From Candidatus Caldarchaeum sp. (lineage in GTDB: Archaea > Thermoproteota > Nitrososphaeria_A > Caldarchaeales > Caldarchaeaceae): a stretch of 64,000 nt of DNA. Position numbers and translations under genes: made by a program. This document shows, piece after piece, positions 48,334 through 58,739 of the stretch (position 1 is the stretch's first letter; each line of letters starts with the position of its first letter). The notes under the pieces were generated by a model. The model was not told where the DNA came from. It searched no databases and was given only the letters and a program-made list of their open reading frames with translations. The DNA lies in NCBI GenBank assembly GCA_038831915.1, contig JAWBKB010000003.1:32001-96000 (forward strand), in the 5' to 3' direction.

Positions 48334-49617
48334 TTAATCTTGTTTGAGTAGATGCACCTCCACTATGTCGCCTTCGTCAAATCCTTCGACGTCTTCGGGA
48401 ACAACGAGGATGCCGTTCGCTTTCGTCAACGTTGACAATAGCCCTGAACCGGTGAGCATCAGAGGCTCGACAACGTATCCTTCGTCAGTTTTCCGCACAA
48501 ACACTCTGACGAAGGCTTTTGACAGCGATGGGTTGGCAACCCGCCGCGAAAGCTTTCCCCTGACTGTACATGGTATTTGAGGCTGTCTCCAGTAAAAAGT
48601 GTTGACGACAGGCTCGACGAACAACACAAACCCCAGCAACGCTGAAACAGGGAAACCCGACAACATGAAAACCGGTTTGCCGTCTATCACGGCGGCGCCC
48701 GTTGGCTTAGCCGGCCTTACCCTCACACCGTGAAATATCACTCCGGGTTTTCCCAATTTGTTGACGGCTTCCGGGACGATGTCACGTTCTCCGACGCTTG
48801 TGCCGCCTGTTACGATAACCATGTCAGCTGTTCTCAGCCCTTCTCTTATCATCGCCGAAACAGTGTCTATGCTGTCTTCCGCTGTTCCAAGGTCGACGGG
48901 CTCGCATCCCAATTCAGTTATCAGTGCTTTGAGCATGGGTTTGGAGCTGTTGATTATCTGGCCTTTTCTGGGTTGTTGACCGAGTTCGACGAGCTCTGAC
49001 CCTGTGCTGAGAACCGCGATTCGCAGCTTGACGTAGACCGGGATGTGTGTGATGTTGAGGGAAGCAAGTGCTCCGATGTGCCAGGGCCTAATCCGAATGC
49101 CTTTCGCCACCACGAGCTCACCTTCCGCAAAATCTTCACCAACCCGCGAAACGTTCTGAAACGGATAAACCTGCCTGTAAACCTCGATGAAGCCATCGCT
49201 GGTTTTCTTGACGTTTTCAGCCATCACGACGGCGTCTGCGCCCGCTGGAATAGGCCCTCCTGTGTAGATTTCAACGGTCTGCCCCGGCGAAATCTTCGGC
49301 GTTTCGTCCAGCGTCATCCCCGCATGCGAAACTCCCACAAGCTCGAGTGTTACCGGGTTGGTCGGCGACGCTCCGAAAGTATCTTCAGCCCGAACCGCGT
49401 ATCCATCCATCGCGCTCCTGTCAAAAGCCGGAACATTCACAGGTGAACGAACATCTTCACCACAGTAACGACCCAGACAGGCTTCCAATGGAACTCTTTC
49501 AACACGCAGTTCTCGAAAATCAATTTTTTCCAAAAGCATGGAAAGAGCTTCGTCGGCTTTAAGAAGTGAGGGAAAACCAGTCATTTTTTTCCGCATCATG
49601 AATAGTTTATCCGTCAA
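48334..49617 (-). CDS. moeA: Molybdopterin molybdotransferase MoeA
   Basis: PAFDRSAMDGYA, STGSEL, TGGTSVG, RPAKP. Confidence 0.93.
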   Translation of the reverse strand: MTDKLFMMRKKMTGFPSLLKADEALSMLLEKIDFRELRVERVPLEACLGRYCGEDVRSPVNVPAFDRSAMDGYAVRAEDTFGASPTNPVTLELVGVSHAGMTLDETPKISPGQTVEIYTGGPIPAGADAVVMAENVKKTSDGFIEVYRQVYPFQNVSRVGEDFAEGELVVAKGIRIRPWHIGALASLNITHIPVYVKLRIAVLSTGSELVELGQQPRKGQIINSSKPMLKALITELGCEPVDLGTAEDSIDTVSAMIREGLRTADMVIVTGGTSVGERDIVPEAVNKLGKPGVIFHGVRVRPAKPTGAAVIDGKPVFMLSGFPVSALLGFVLFVEPVVNTFYWRQPQIPCTVRGKLSRRVANPSLSKAFVRVFVRKTDEGYVVEPLMLTGSGLLSTLTKANGILVVPEDVEGFDEGDIVEVHLLKQD

Positions 49618-49636
49618 CTGGTTGGGTGGATTTGAT

Positions 49637-49849
49637 TTAAGCGTTTTTAAGGGCCTCAGCTGCTTTGTTCAACAAAGCCGCCAGCAGGTTGTTCAACTCG
49701 AGGTAGCTCGTGAAAAGCTGTTGCTGTGCTTCGCGGTAGGCGGCGATGTTTTCAGCCGAGGGGTTGCTTTCCAGCCTCTGAACAGCTTCCTCGAACCGCG
49801 TAGCGTTTATGCCGAACAACTTCAAAGCTGAACGCAGCTGCTCAGACAA
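49637..49849 (-). CDS. Small helical hypothetical protein
   Basis: 70 aa, packed between fdhD and moeA on the same strand. Confidence 0.55.
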   Translation of the reverse strand: MSEQLRSALKLFGINATRFEEAVQRLESNPSAENIAAYREAQQQLFTSYLELNNLLAALLNKAAEALKNA

Positions 49850-49856
49850 ACAACGA

Positions 49857-50708
49857 TCACTGAATTTTCACGTGCTGAGTAGCCCCTATTATTCTTTCCG
49901 GATATGAATAAACAGTTAAGCCGCGGCCTCTCACGGTGCTGACCATGGTTACGCCGCTTTTCAAAGCAGCGTAAAGCCCTGAGAAAATCGGGCCGCGGAG
50001 TGAAACGGTAATCGGTATACCTACACGTGCGGCTTTAAGCACCATGTCGGATGCTTGACGGCCCGTCGTCAAAAGAACCGAACGGGAGAAATTCACGTTC
50101 ATCAAAACCGCTTTTCCGATGATTTTGTCAACAGTCACGTGTCTGCTAACATCCATCGCCAACACCGCGAGCTTGCTGTCATATGTAGTGTATAGCCCGG
50201 CGGTGTGAACTGAAACCGTCCGGTTCGAAAGACGGCCGAACTCTGAGATTATGGTGCGGAGCCCGTCGACGGTTATCTTGAGATTTGACTTGACGCGGGG
50301 TTTGTTTATGGTGTCGAAAGCTCTCATGTAGTCTTCGACCGAGCCGCATGAAGTCATGATGAGCTTGAAGGCTTGATGTTGTTCTACACGGTTTCGCAGC
50401 GTTTCTTCGTCGATGTCGAGGTAGACGAGGATGTCGAGGCCGTCGATTGTGATTTCCCGAATGCTTTTCACGTCTGAAACGATGCCATGGCCGAGAAGAT
50501 GGCCTATCGTCATTTCACGGAGCTCGTAGGGGGTTGCGAAAACCGTGACGAAATGCTCGTCGTTAAGGTAGATATTCACAGGAGACTCCATCGCGATTTC
50601 ATCCGTTATTTCCTCGCCTGTGTCGACGCGGAAGCCTTTAGCAGACGTGGAGAAACCGAATCCCTGCATGAATTGCCACCCTTTATCCGGCGAATTGCTT
50701 TTAAACAT
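49857..50708 (-). CDS. fdhD: FdhD sulfurtransferase
   Basis: E.P..IYLN...ATP, TSCG, H.A, D.SRH..VDK.IG, TGR...DMV.KA. Confidence 0.88.
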   Translation of the reverse strand: MFKSNSPDKGWQFMQGFGFSTSAKGFRVDTGEEITDEIAMESPVNIYLNDEHFVTVFATPYELREMTIGHLLGHGIVSDVKSIREITIDGLDILVYLDIDEETLRNRVEQHQAFKLIMTSCGSVEDYMRAFDTINKPRVKSNLKITVDGLRTIISEFGRLSNRTVSVHTAGLYTTYDSKLAVLAMDVSRHVTVDKIIGKAVLMNVNFSRSVLLTTGRQASDMVLKAARVGIPITVSLRGPIFSGLYAALKSGVTMVSTVRGRGLTVYSYPERIIGATQHVKIQ

Positions 50709-50723
50709 TTATGGCTGTAACAG

Positions 50724-51671
50724 ATGGAAGAAGACGGAGTGTTGCTGGAAACGGTTCAGAAACAGGCTGATTGTAACGTCTGCCACGAAGGCCCCGTGGT
50801 CTATCACAGAGTCTATTCAGGTGAAAAACTGTGCCGCAAATGCTTCATCAAAACATTTGAAAAAAGGGTTATCCGAACCATCGGACGCTACGGACTGCTT
50901 AGGCCCGACGACAGAATAGCCGTGGCTGTTTCAGGCGGCAAAGACAGCCTGTCGCTTCTCCATGTGTTGAAAAAATTGGAGAAGAATTTTCCACGGGCCT
51001 CGCTTTTCGCCGTAACAGTTGACGAAGGAATTCCAGGCTACCGCGACGAAGCAATCGAATACGTCGTCGAAACAACTCAGAGGCTTAACGTGCCTTTAGT
51101 TAAGACGTCTTTCGAGGAACTGTTCGGCATGACACTGACAAAGATGATTTCGACTTCTGTGTTCCGGGAAAGCGGGCTCGCGGCATGCACTGTTTGCGGG
51201 CCTCTGCGGAGAAGAGCCATAAACATCGCGGCGAAAAAAGCGGGCGCAACCGTGATAGCCACCGCACACACGTTAGACGACATCGTCCAAACCTATTTTC
51301 TCAAAGTTTTCAGAGGTGAGCTGGGAAGCTCAGACGTCGGGCTCCGCTCTGAAGGGCCTGTGATTCCACGCGTGGCGCCGTTCCGCCTCACCCCGGAAAG
51401 AGAAGTGGTTTTCTACGCCTATCTCCGCAACATTCCGTTCCAGTCCCATGTCTGTCCAAACGCGGCTGAAGCCATGAGAAACCCCATCAGACAGTTTCTC
51501 GCAGAGTTCGAGGAAAGACATCCCGGCTCGCTTTTCGCAGCTCTTCGAAGCTTTGAAAAAGCAACACGCACCACGCCGAAGAATTTGCATTACTGCCGAA
51601 CCTGTGGGGAGCCGACCAGCCGTGAAACATGTAGGGTCTGCGAACTGCTGACCTCGCTCAGGATAAGTTAG
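50724..51671 (+). CDS. tRNA 2-thiolation protein (Ncs6/TtuA/TtcA family)
   Basis: N- and C-terminal Zn fingers, SGGKDS, CTVCG.LRR, TAH.LDD. Confidence 0.9.
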   Translation: MEEDGVLLETVQKQADCNVCHEGPVVYHRVYSGEKLCRKCFIKTFEKRVIRTIGRYGLLRPDDRIAVAVSGGKDSLSLLHVLKKLEKNFPRASLFAVTVDEGIPGYRDEAIEYVVETTQRLNVPLVKTSFEELFGMTLTKMISTSVFRESGLAACTVCGPLRRRAINIAAKKAGATVIATAHTLDDIVQTYFLKVFRGELGSSDVGLRSEGPVIPRVAPFRLTPEREVVFYAYLRNIPFQSHVCPNAAEAMRNPIRQFLAEFEERHPGSLFAALRSFEKATRTTPKNLHYCRTCGEPTSRETCRVCELLTSLRIS

Positions 51672-52849
51672 ATTTGGAAGAAGCCGAAAGTTGTGTAGGT
51701 GAACGCGATGTTCGCGACAACTAGGCCTATGCAGAGAAGAGCGGCGGCGTTGGCGATGCCCGTCATCGTCTTCTGGTTTTTGACGAATTTTTCGAGAACG
51801 GCTCGGAGCATTAAATGGCCGTCAAGCGCGTAGATCGGAAGCATGTTGAACACGGCGACTCCGATTGATACGAGCTGAAGCCAGAAAAGAGTTCGGTAAA
51901 GATTGTAAGAGCCGATTATGTCGACGCCAGGTATTCGAGACATCAAGTATGTGTCGATTTGGACTACGCCAAGTCCTCTGATGACGGAGCCAAGTGGAAT
52001 TTCTCGTCCGCGAACCTCTGGGTTGGTGTCGAAAACGTATTCATCGGTTAATGTTTTCACGCGGATTTTCTCGGCGATTATGATTGATTCCGTCCGGATA
52101 GTGTAGCTGTTTACAGGCACGTCGTCGATGCTTACGATGACGTCATTGACCTTGATTCTTGCGTTTTCCTCCACCTGTAAAGCGATGAGGCCCGCTTCCT
52201 GGGGTATGAACAACCCGAACATCATCAGCAACGCGATGACGCCGACGGCTATGTTGGCGAAAGAACCAACCGCGGCGACCCGCATCTTTGCACCGGGCTT
52301 CGCGGATTTGAAAGCCTGTTCATCGGGCTCGACAAACCCGCCGGGCACCACGAAAATCATGAAGATGCCAGCCGACTTGACTGGCAGTCCTTCACGTCTC
52401 GCGATTATTCCATGCATTCCTTCATGTGTGAGAAGAACGAGGGCGAACGCGATGAATAGGTAGGGAAGATTTTCAAGCCTGATGGTGACTCCCACTATGA
52501 GCGGTATGACGATGTTCTGCCCGGTTACCTGCTCAGGCCTGAACAGATACGTGGATAAATTAGTGGCGAGCACGTAGACCGCGAAAGCCATCAACCCGAA
52601 CCCGGTCGCTATCGCGGCCCGTGAAACAGCATCCCAGAAACGCGGTGCCCTCTCAGTCAAAATGTCAAGAGGCCGTGTCACCTTCTTGAACTTCACGATT
52701 AGAAGCAGTGGATAAAGCGAATAGGATAAGCCGTTTCCCTCAGCTTCAACTCTTTCGGTTTTACGCCGTCGGTAAACCAGTCTGTCGACCGCGAAAGCAA
52801 CCATCCAAGCCGCCGCGAGAACGGCGAGAACTTCGACAATCGTCACCAT
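51668..52849 (-). CDS. Site-2 (M50) intramembrane metalloprotease with PDZ-like insert
   Basis: HEGMHG, FVEPDE, AAVGSFAN, FNMLPIYALDG. Confidence 0.92.
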   Translation of the reverse strand: MVTIVEVLAVLAAAWMVAFAVDRLVYRRRKTERVEAEGNGLSYSLYPLLLIVKFKKVTRPLDILTERAPRFWDAVSRAAIATGFGLMAFAVYVLATNLSTYLFRPEQVTGQNIVIPLIVGVTIRLENLPYLFIAFALVLLTHEGMHGIIARREGLPVKSAGIFMIFVVPGGFVEPDEQAFKSAKPGAKMRVAAVGSFANIAVGVIALLMMFGLFIPQEAGLIALQVEENARIKVNDVIVSIDDVPVNSYTIRTESIIIAEKIRVKTLTDEYVFDTNPEVRGREIPLGSVIRGLGVVQIDTYLMSRIPGVDIIGSYNLYRTLFWLQLVSIGVAVFNMLPIYALDGHLMLRAVLEKFVKNQKTMTGIANAAALLCIGLVVANIAFTYTTFGFFQI

Positions 52850-52953
52850 TTACACATCTCCGCGGAAATCCACCAATAATAGATTTCCCCACAACCCAGC
52901 GGTTCAAACATCTTCCATTCTAACCATATTTAGAGTTGGACACATGATTTGGT

Positions 52954-53565
52954 ATGATGTCTCAGGTTAACGTTGCGAGAAACACTTCACGCGCGGTTTT
53001 CAAACTCGTTTTCTACATCGTCGTTTACGTGGCGGTGGCCGCTGATATTCAGTGGCTTTTCAGCGCTTTTCTCCCTGTTTACCGCGTGAACATAGCCGAC
53101 TACCTCGTCTATGTTCAGATTTTGTTGTCTCTCGCGTTTGGTTATTTGATTGTGTCATTTGTAGCTGAACTGCTTTACAAGATTCTCAGCGTAAAGTATG
53201 AACATTCAGCGGCTGCGGCAGTGAGAAACCTCTTGAAAATAATTGGGCTGGGCGCATTGGCGGCGTCGATAGCCGGTGGAGTAGCCGGTGGAGCGGTTGG
53301 TCTCGCGTTGGGCGGCTTCATCGGATTGGTGATAGGATTCGCATCACAGCAGATTCTCGGACAAGCCATAGCGGGCCTGTTCCTTCTCATCGCGCGGCCG
53401 TTCAAAATAGGCGACGCCGTAGTAATCGCCGGCGAAGAAGGAGTGGTCGAAGACATCGCAACCCTTTTCACATCAGTAGTAAAAGCTGACGTCACGAAAG
53501 TATTGATTCCAAACAACAGCCTCATCGGCGGCAAAATCGTGTTGAAGAAAGCTCAATGGTTATAG
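52954..53565 (+). CDS. MscS-family mechanosensitive channel (short form)
   Basis: GFASQQ.L...IAG...RPFKIGD...IPNN. Confidence 0.88.
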   Translation: MMSQVNVARNTSRAVFKLVFYIVVYVAVAADIQWLFSAFLPVYRVNIADYLVYVQILLSLAFGYLIVSFVAELLYKILSVKYEHSAAAAVRNLLKIIGLGALAASIAGGVAGGAVGLALGGFIGLVIGFASQQILGQAIAGLFLLIARPFKIGDAVVIAGEEGVVEDIATLFTSVVKADVTKVLIPNNSLIGGKIVLKKAQWL

Positions 53566-54014
53566 CGTGGATTCGTCTTCATCCGACGCCGTTGCCGTAT
53601 TTCATCCGCTGCGTCGACGAAGACAAGTGGCTGACGGAGTCGCGGTCGATAGCTACTTGGCGTGCTCTCGAAATGCTGGCAAAAAACCTCATGGAGTCCA
53701 CGGCCCTTCAACTACCACATCGGAGAAAAATCTACTCGAAGGAAGAAGCAGCGGCGTGGACTATGTTCTTCTTCAAAGTAAGAGACTATAAGCCAAACCC
53801 AACCATCAACATATCGGATTTCTACACATCCACGAACCAGATAGACTACGAAAAACTTGCTTCAACGCTCGGAGTTAAACCCGACGAAGCCGCGTCATAT
53901 GTCAAAACTTTCGACAAACCGCTTATGATGGCCGCTGTAGAGGAAGCTCTCCAAGCGGTACGGCACAGTTACCAATATCGACATTTGGTCGAATTGGTGA
54001 AAGGCAGAGTTTGA
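53556..54014 (+). CDS. Hypothetical protein
   Basis: 152-aa ORF overlapping the mscS stop. Confidence 0.5.
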   Translation: MVIAWIRLHPTPLPYFIRCVDEDKWLTESRSIATWRALEMLAKNLMESTALQLPHRRKIYSKEEAAAWTMFFFKVRDYKPNPTINISDFYTSTNQIDYEKLASTLGVKPDEAASYVKTFDKPLMMAAVEEALQAVRHSYQYRHLVELVKGRV

Positions 54015-54019
54015 AAAGG

Positions 54020-54982
54020 TTATTTGATGAACTTGATGCGACGTCTGTCTATTGTTAGGATTGCCATGATGATTGCTATTGCTCCGAAAATTATCATTCG
54101 CACATTCAAGTCGATTGCAAGCATGCTTAGCCCGGAGTCAAGCCATCTGATTATCAAGACTCCGAGAAGAGTTCTATGCACGCCTCCTATTCCACCCGTC
54201 AACGCGGTTCCTCCAACCACGACGCTGGCGAACATGGGAATGGTGTCCAACACACCGACCTGCATGTGCGCACCCTGACTCTGCGACGCATACAGTATTC
54301 CCGAAACAGCTGCCAGCAACGCGCAAATCATGAAAACCAGAACACGTGTTCTGAGGATGTTTATTCCCGCTAGCCGAGCTCCAACCAAGTTGCCGCCGAC
54401 CGCGTAAATAGCTCTGCCAAACGGCGTCGCCAACGTCAAGAACACGACGACCGCCCATATCCCTATGGCCCAGTAGAAAATTGAAGGCAATCCGAAAATC
54501 ATCGTGGTTGAAAGCGCTCTGAAAGCTGGGTCGGTTATAATTCGTGTGTATCCTCCTGATATGACTTGTGCGATTCCTTCAGCAACCATGGATGTCGCGA
54601 GAGTAGCCATGAAGCTTGGAATGTTGAATTTCGCCAGTAATATTCCGTTGACGAATCCGAAGCCAAGGGCTACGGCCAAAGTGATGGGCAACGCGCCGAA
54701 CCCAAGCGAAGGATAAAGCACAGCAAAAATCATAGCTGACAACTTTAACACGCTTGGGACGGAGAAGTCAAACGACCCCATCATGATGACAAGCGTAAGT
54801 CCGCATGCCGCGATGAGGAAAAACGACATTCCATACAATAAAGTGATGACACTTTCGACGCTTGCAAGAAAGTAGGGATTAGCCAGCCGGAGAGAAACAA
54901 TCAAAACCAACAGCCCAGTCAGCGGGATAATGGTGTTGAGGTTTCGCTGAACCCATTCCCTGTAGACAACTGGTTGCTTCAT
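54020..54982 (-). CDS. Ribose/xylose-type sugar ABC permease (RbsC family)
   Basis: G.FDFSV, IPSFMATL, TPFGRAIYAVGGN...A.LAGI, VVGGT.L.GG.G. Confidence 0.9.
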   Translation of the reverse strand: MKQPVVYREWVQRNLNTIIPLTGLLVLIVSLRLANPYFLASVESVITLLYGMSFFLIAACGLTLVIMMGSFDFSVPSVLKLSAMIFAVLYPSLGFGALPITLAVALGFGFVNGILLAKFNIPSFMATLATSMVAEGIAQVISGGYTRIITDPAFRALSTTMIFGLPSIFYWAIGIWAVVVFLTLATPFGRAIYAVGGNLVGARLAGINILRTRVLVFMICALLAAVSGILYASQSQGAHMQVGVLDTIPMFASVVVGGTALTGGIGGVHRTLLGVLIIRWLDSGLSMLAIDLNVRMIIFGAIAIIMAILTIDRRRIKFIK

Positions 54983-54992
54983 GTTTTCACCT

Positions 54993-55265
54993 CTACGTGA
55001 TGAGCGCGCCTTTAAGCGCTCGGGAGGATATCACGACTGCGCCGAGAAGCAGAGCGCCGATGTAGAGTTTGAGATGGTTGTGGTCTACTCCGGGTAAGAG
55101 AAAGAGCCCGTTGAATATGAGGACGTAGATTAACGCGCCGAGAAGGGTGCGGTGCGGCCCTCCCATTCCACCGGCTAACGGTGTTCCGCCCAAAACTATC
55201 GCAGCCAATCCACGTATCAACTCGTTGGGGTCGAAATCGACACAAACATCATCCACTACAAGCAA
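54993..55265 (-). pseudogene. C-terminal remnant of a second RbsC-type permease
   Basis: AAIVLGGTPLAGGMGG...TLLGALI; N-terminal two-thirds missing. Confidence 0.75.
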
Positions 55266-55295
55266 ATCAGAGTGTTGGGGACTTGGGGACTTCTA

Positions 55296-55456
55296 TGTCG
55301 ACGCCGACCGAGTTCAAACGCGCTCTGGATTTGGTGGTGAACAACGTAGTTGATTTGAAGCCTTTAATTACTTTGAAGCTTCCTCTCGTCGACGGTGTAA
55401 AAGGGTTCGCCGAAGCTCAGAGCTTCAGCAACCTCCGCGTAATGCTCAACCCTTGA
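55296..55456 (+). pseudogene. C-terminal remnant of a Zn-dependent (MDR) dehydrogenase
   Basis: TPTEFKRALDLV...VDLKPLIT.KLPL..G...F...RVMLNP. Confidence 0.65.
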
Positions 55457-56039
55457 CAGAGGACGTTAGGTATTTCGGGTTGTCTACGAGTTTCGGCCGG
55501 CCGTTTTCCTCGACCACGAGCTTGGCGAATCCCTTTGTCTTCACGATTTCGTAGTCGTGGCCCGCGTCGAACGGGTAGGCGAAGAAGAAAACCAGTTCCT
55601 TCGAGCCTGTGTTCACTGTTCGGTGGCCCCAGCCGGGAGGAACATACACCACGGAATTCGGGGTAAGTTCCCGGGCTTCAACCACGCCGTCAGCCGTCTG
55701 CATAACTATCAATCCTTCTCCCTCAAGCCCGTAGTAGATTTCAGCCGCGGGCTTCTCGTGAAAATGTCCACGTGTCATGAAATATTAGCGGCCAACCTTT
55801 CCGGGATACATCACCGTCAACCCAAAATTAACATGTCCCATCCCACTTTCAAACGTCTTTTCATAATATTCGTAGACAACGAAGTCGCCGCGGGTTTGTA
55901 GTAGTTTCTCGACTTCATGGGTTTCGCTGAAGTATTCTTTGAGTGCTGAAAGCTTGACGATGCGGTGGTTGGTATAGGGCTCGATTAAACGCTTGTGTAA
56001 ATCAATTTTCGCGGAAAAAGTGCTCATGTTTCTCAGCAT
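55446..56039 (-). pseudogene. Cupin-type glucose-6-phosphate isomerase with an in-frame TAA (55785-55787)
   Basis: YPGKVGR*YFMTRGHFH...EIYYGLEG...YVPPGWGHRTVNTG...AGHDY. Confidence 0.85.
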
Positions 56040-56058
56040 ACTGGTGTGTTTTGCTGGT

Positions 56059-57068
56059 TTAATGTTTTATTGTTCGGACTGTTTTCTCGAAGACTCTGGG
56101 GTTTGCTGTGTTTTTTGGTTTTTCGCCTCTTGCGAGGGCTTCTATCGCCTCGGCAACCGCCATATCTATTCCGATGAATGATTCGTAGGTGTATGCTCCG
56201 ATGTGAGGTGTGACAACTACGTTTTCAAACTGTAGCAAGGGATGGCTTGAATCTATGTAGTCGCCTTCGACAACGTCCAGCCCTGCGTAACGGATTTTAC
56301 CCGTTTTCAGAGCGTTGACCAGTGCATCGGTGTCGACGAGGCCGCCTCTCGCCGTGTTCACAAGCATCGAGCAGGGCTTCATGAGCTCAAAGGCCTTCGC
56401 GTTCATCATGTGCCGTGTTTCCGGTGTTTGGGGCGTGTGAAGAGACACGATGTCCGATTCCTTGAGCAGGGTTTCAAAATCTGTTAAAACCACGTCGAGG
56501 TCTTTCACGGTTTCGGGGCTGATAAATGGGTCGTATGCGAGAACTTTGGCTTTGAACCCTTTGCTGAGAATTTCAGCGACTCTTTTGCCGATGTTTCCGA
56601 GACCAATGATACCTATTGTTTTACCCTTTAACTCGGGCCCGATGAACTTTGTTCTTTCACGCCATCGGTTTTCCCGAACCGCGATAAAGGCCTGTGAAAC
56701 CATTCGGTAGGCGTCGAGCATTAAAGCAACAGCCAGCTCCGCCACAGCCTCTCTTTCAACCTCGCCGGGAACACGTGTAACAATCACTCCATGCTCCGTG
56801 GCTGCTTCCTAATCGATGTTATCCACTCCGATGCCGTTCCGCACCAACAACACAATATCAGAGTTTTTTCAAAAAATTCTCTGTCATAACGCGGGTTGGT
56901 GCTTACGACTGCAACATGATATCCTGCGAGAACAGCTGCGAGCTCACTGCCGCGGATGTCACGTGGAACGTTGAGCCGCGTAACTTCGCCGAGACGGTTC
57001 AAACACGTGAACACATCAGTATATGCTCCAAAAGTCAAAGAATTTACAACAGCTATTTTCAGCTTCAT
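56059..57068 (-). pseudogene. D-2-hydroxyacid dehydrogenase, disrupted (frameshift near 56864-56869, TAG 56809-56811)
   Basis: RNGIGVDNID*EAA; GIIGLGNIG; VNTARGG; TPHIG. Confidence 0.85.
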
Positions 57069-57118
57069 AACCGTGTATATCTGCATGCGTCAACCTAAAA
57101 TAAGTTCCGTGGAAGATA

Positions 57119-58177
57119 GTGTCGGTTTTGTCTGGCGGTGATGTTCCCAAAGTGATGAAAGCCGCGGTTGTTCTTTCTGTCGACGAAATAGCCGTCGATA
57201 CAGTGCCTGTTCCCAGTTTAGAGGCTGAAGACGTTTTGGTCAAGGTGTTAGTTTGCGGTGTCTGCGCAAGCGATGTGAAGTTCGTGAAAGGCTTGAAAAC
57301 CTATCGTGAAACCTCTTTCGGACGGGGTTTTCCCGGTTTTACTGGTCATGAATGGGTCGGCGAAGTCGTGGCTACTGGTGCAAAAGTGGAGGGATTTGAG
57401 CCGGGAGACAGGGTTGTTCCCTTTCTGATAAAATCATGTGGAACGTGCAGGTTTTGCAGGACCGGTAGAGTAAACCTCTGCGGCTCAAAGACATACGTGC
57501 ATGGCGGCTTCGCGGAATATGTGAAAGTGCCGCTGAGAAATTTGATAAAAATTCCGAGACGCATCGATGCTATGAATGCTTGTCTGGTTGAGCCGTTGGC
57601 GTGCTGCTTTCACGGCTTCGAGAAGCTCGCGTTGCACAAAGATGGCTTGGTTTTGATGGTTGGCGACGGGCCCATGGGTCTGCTCAACACCATGTTGTTC
57701 AAGGCGTTTGGAATGAAGGTTGTGGTGGTGGGCCGCCGAGAACAAAGGCTTCAAACCACATTAAAACTTGGAGCCGATTACGCGGTCAACGAGAAAGAAA
57801 AAGATTTGCAGGAAAAAGTGATGGAGCTGTCAGACGGGGTTGGAGCTGACGCTGTGATTTTGGCGATAAACAATCCTTCAGCGTTTGAAACCGCGTTACG
57901 TCTCGTTTCCAAAGGCGGCACTGTGAACATCTTGGCCGGCTTCCATCCCGACTACGACGCAGTTTTCAGCACAAACAAAATCCACTACAGTGAAATCACC
58001 ATCACAGGTTCAGCTGACGCAAACACAGAAAATTACATCAAAGCTGTTGAACTCATCGAAACAGGTAGAGTGAAGCCCTCCGCGATAATTTCCAACATCT
58101 ACACGCTGGATGAAATCCGTGAAGCGTTCCGAACAGCAATGGCTAAAACCGGAAACAAAGTAGTGGTAAAGTCCTAA
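57119..58177 (+). CDS. Zn-dependent sugar-alcohol dehydrogenase (MDR)
   Basis: CGVCASD, GHEWVG, C..C..C...C, EPLAC, GDGPMG. Confidence 0.9.
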   Translation: MSVLSGGDVPKVMKAAVVLSVDEIAVDTVPVPSLEAEDVLVKVLVCGVCASDVKFVKGLKTYRETSFGRGFPGFTGHEWVGEVVATGAKVEGFEPGDRVVPFLIKSCGTCRFCRTGRVNLCGSKTYVHGGFAEYVKVPLRNLIKIPRRIDAMNACLVEPLACCFHGFEKLALHKDGLVLMVGDGPMGLLNTMLFKAFGMKVVVVGRREQRLQTTLKLGADYAVNEKEKDLQEKVMELSDGVGADAVILAINNPSAFETALRLVSKGGTVNILAGFHPDYDAVFSTNKIHYSEITITGSADANTENYIKAVELIETGRVKPSAIISNIYTLDEIREAFRTAMAKTGNKVVVKS

Positions 58178-58716
58178 CCTTCACCTGTTCCAAATACCTC
58201 TGTCAAATCGACGATGAGTATGATGCCGTTCTCGGATGGAAATGGCTCGCCTTGGCCGAGTGCCTCTAACACGTCTTCAGCCCGGTTTGTGAGTTCTTCA
58301 AAGTCTTGCTTTTCAACGGGGACAAGTATGACCGAGAATTTCGGTTCTTTTTCGATTTCTTCGAGGTCGGATTCGGTTATGGGAAAGACTATCCAGGTGA
58401 GTCGTCGAAGCCGGTGCATGGGGACGGCGATCACCCAGAGGTCGAAGCCTTGTCCTTCGAGAGGCGACATCAAAATGAACGACGCTGATTCGCGGAAGCC
58501 ATTCCACTGCTCCATGAAAAAATGATTCGGCACACCGACGAGAAGCACGTTTTTGCCGGGAAGCGATTTGGTTTTCTCGACGTCGATTTCTCCGAGAGTG
58601 GTTATCGTGCCTGGCAAGACACGGTTTTCATAGCCTGAATAAGTGGAAAACACGGGCTTGTATGATTCTATCCGTGTCAGTGATTCAAGCAGTCTTTCTT
58701 CGTCTGGGTCCCTCAA
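58174..58716 (-). CDS. Hypothetical protein
   Basis: 180-aa acidic ORF following lysC on the same strand. Confidence 0.55.
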   Translation of the reverse strand: MRDPDEERLLESLTRIESYKPVFSTYSGYENRVLPGTITTLGEIDVEKTKSLPGKNVLLVGVPNHFFMEQWNGFRESASFILMSPLEGQGFDLWVIAVPMHRLRRLTWIVFPITESDLEEIEKEPKFSVILVPVEKQDFEELTNRAEDVLEALGQGEPFPSENGIILIVDLTEVFGTGEG

Positions 58717-58739
58717 CCAGTGTAGTTGGTTTTACTTTC

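Noticed and set aside
17515-56811. Stop-codon reassignment or Sec/Pyl recoding as an explanation for the many in-frame stops
   Set aside because: The interrupting codons include TAA, TAG and TGA, replace different expected residues, co-occur with frameshifts, and all three codons terminate intact genes here. Pseudogenisation or error is simpler.
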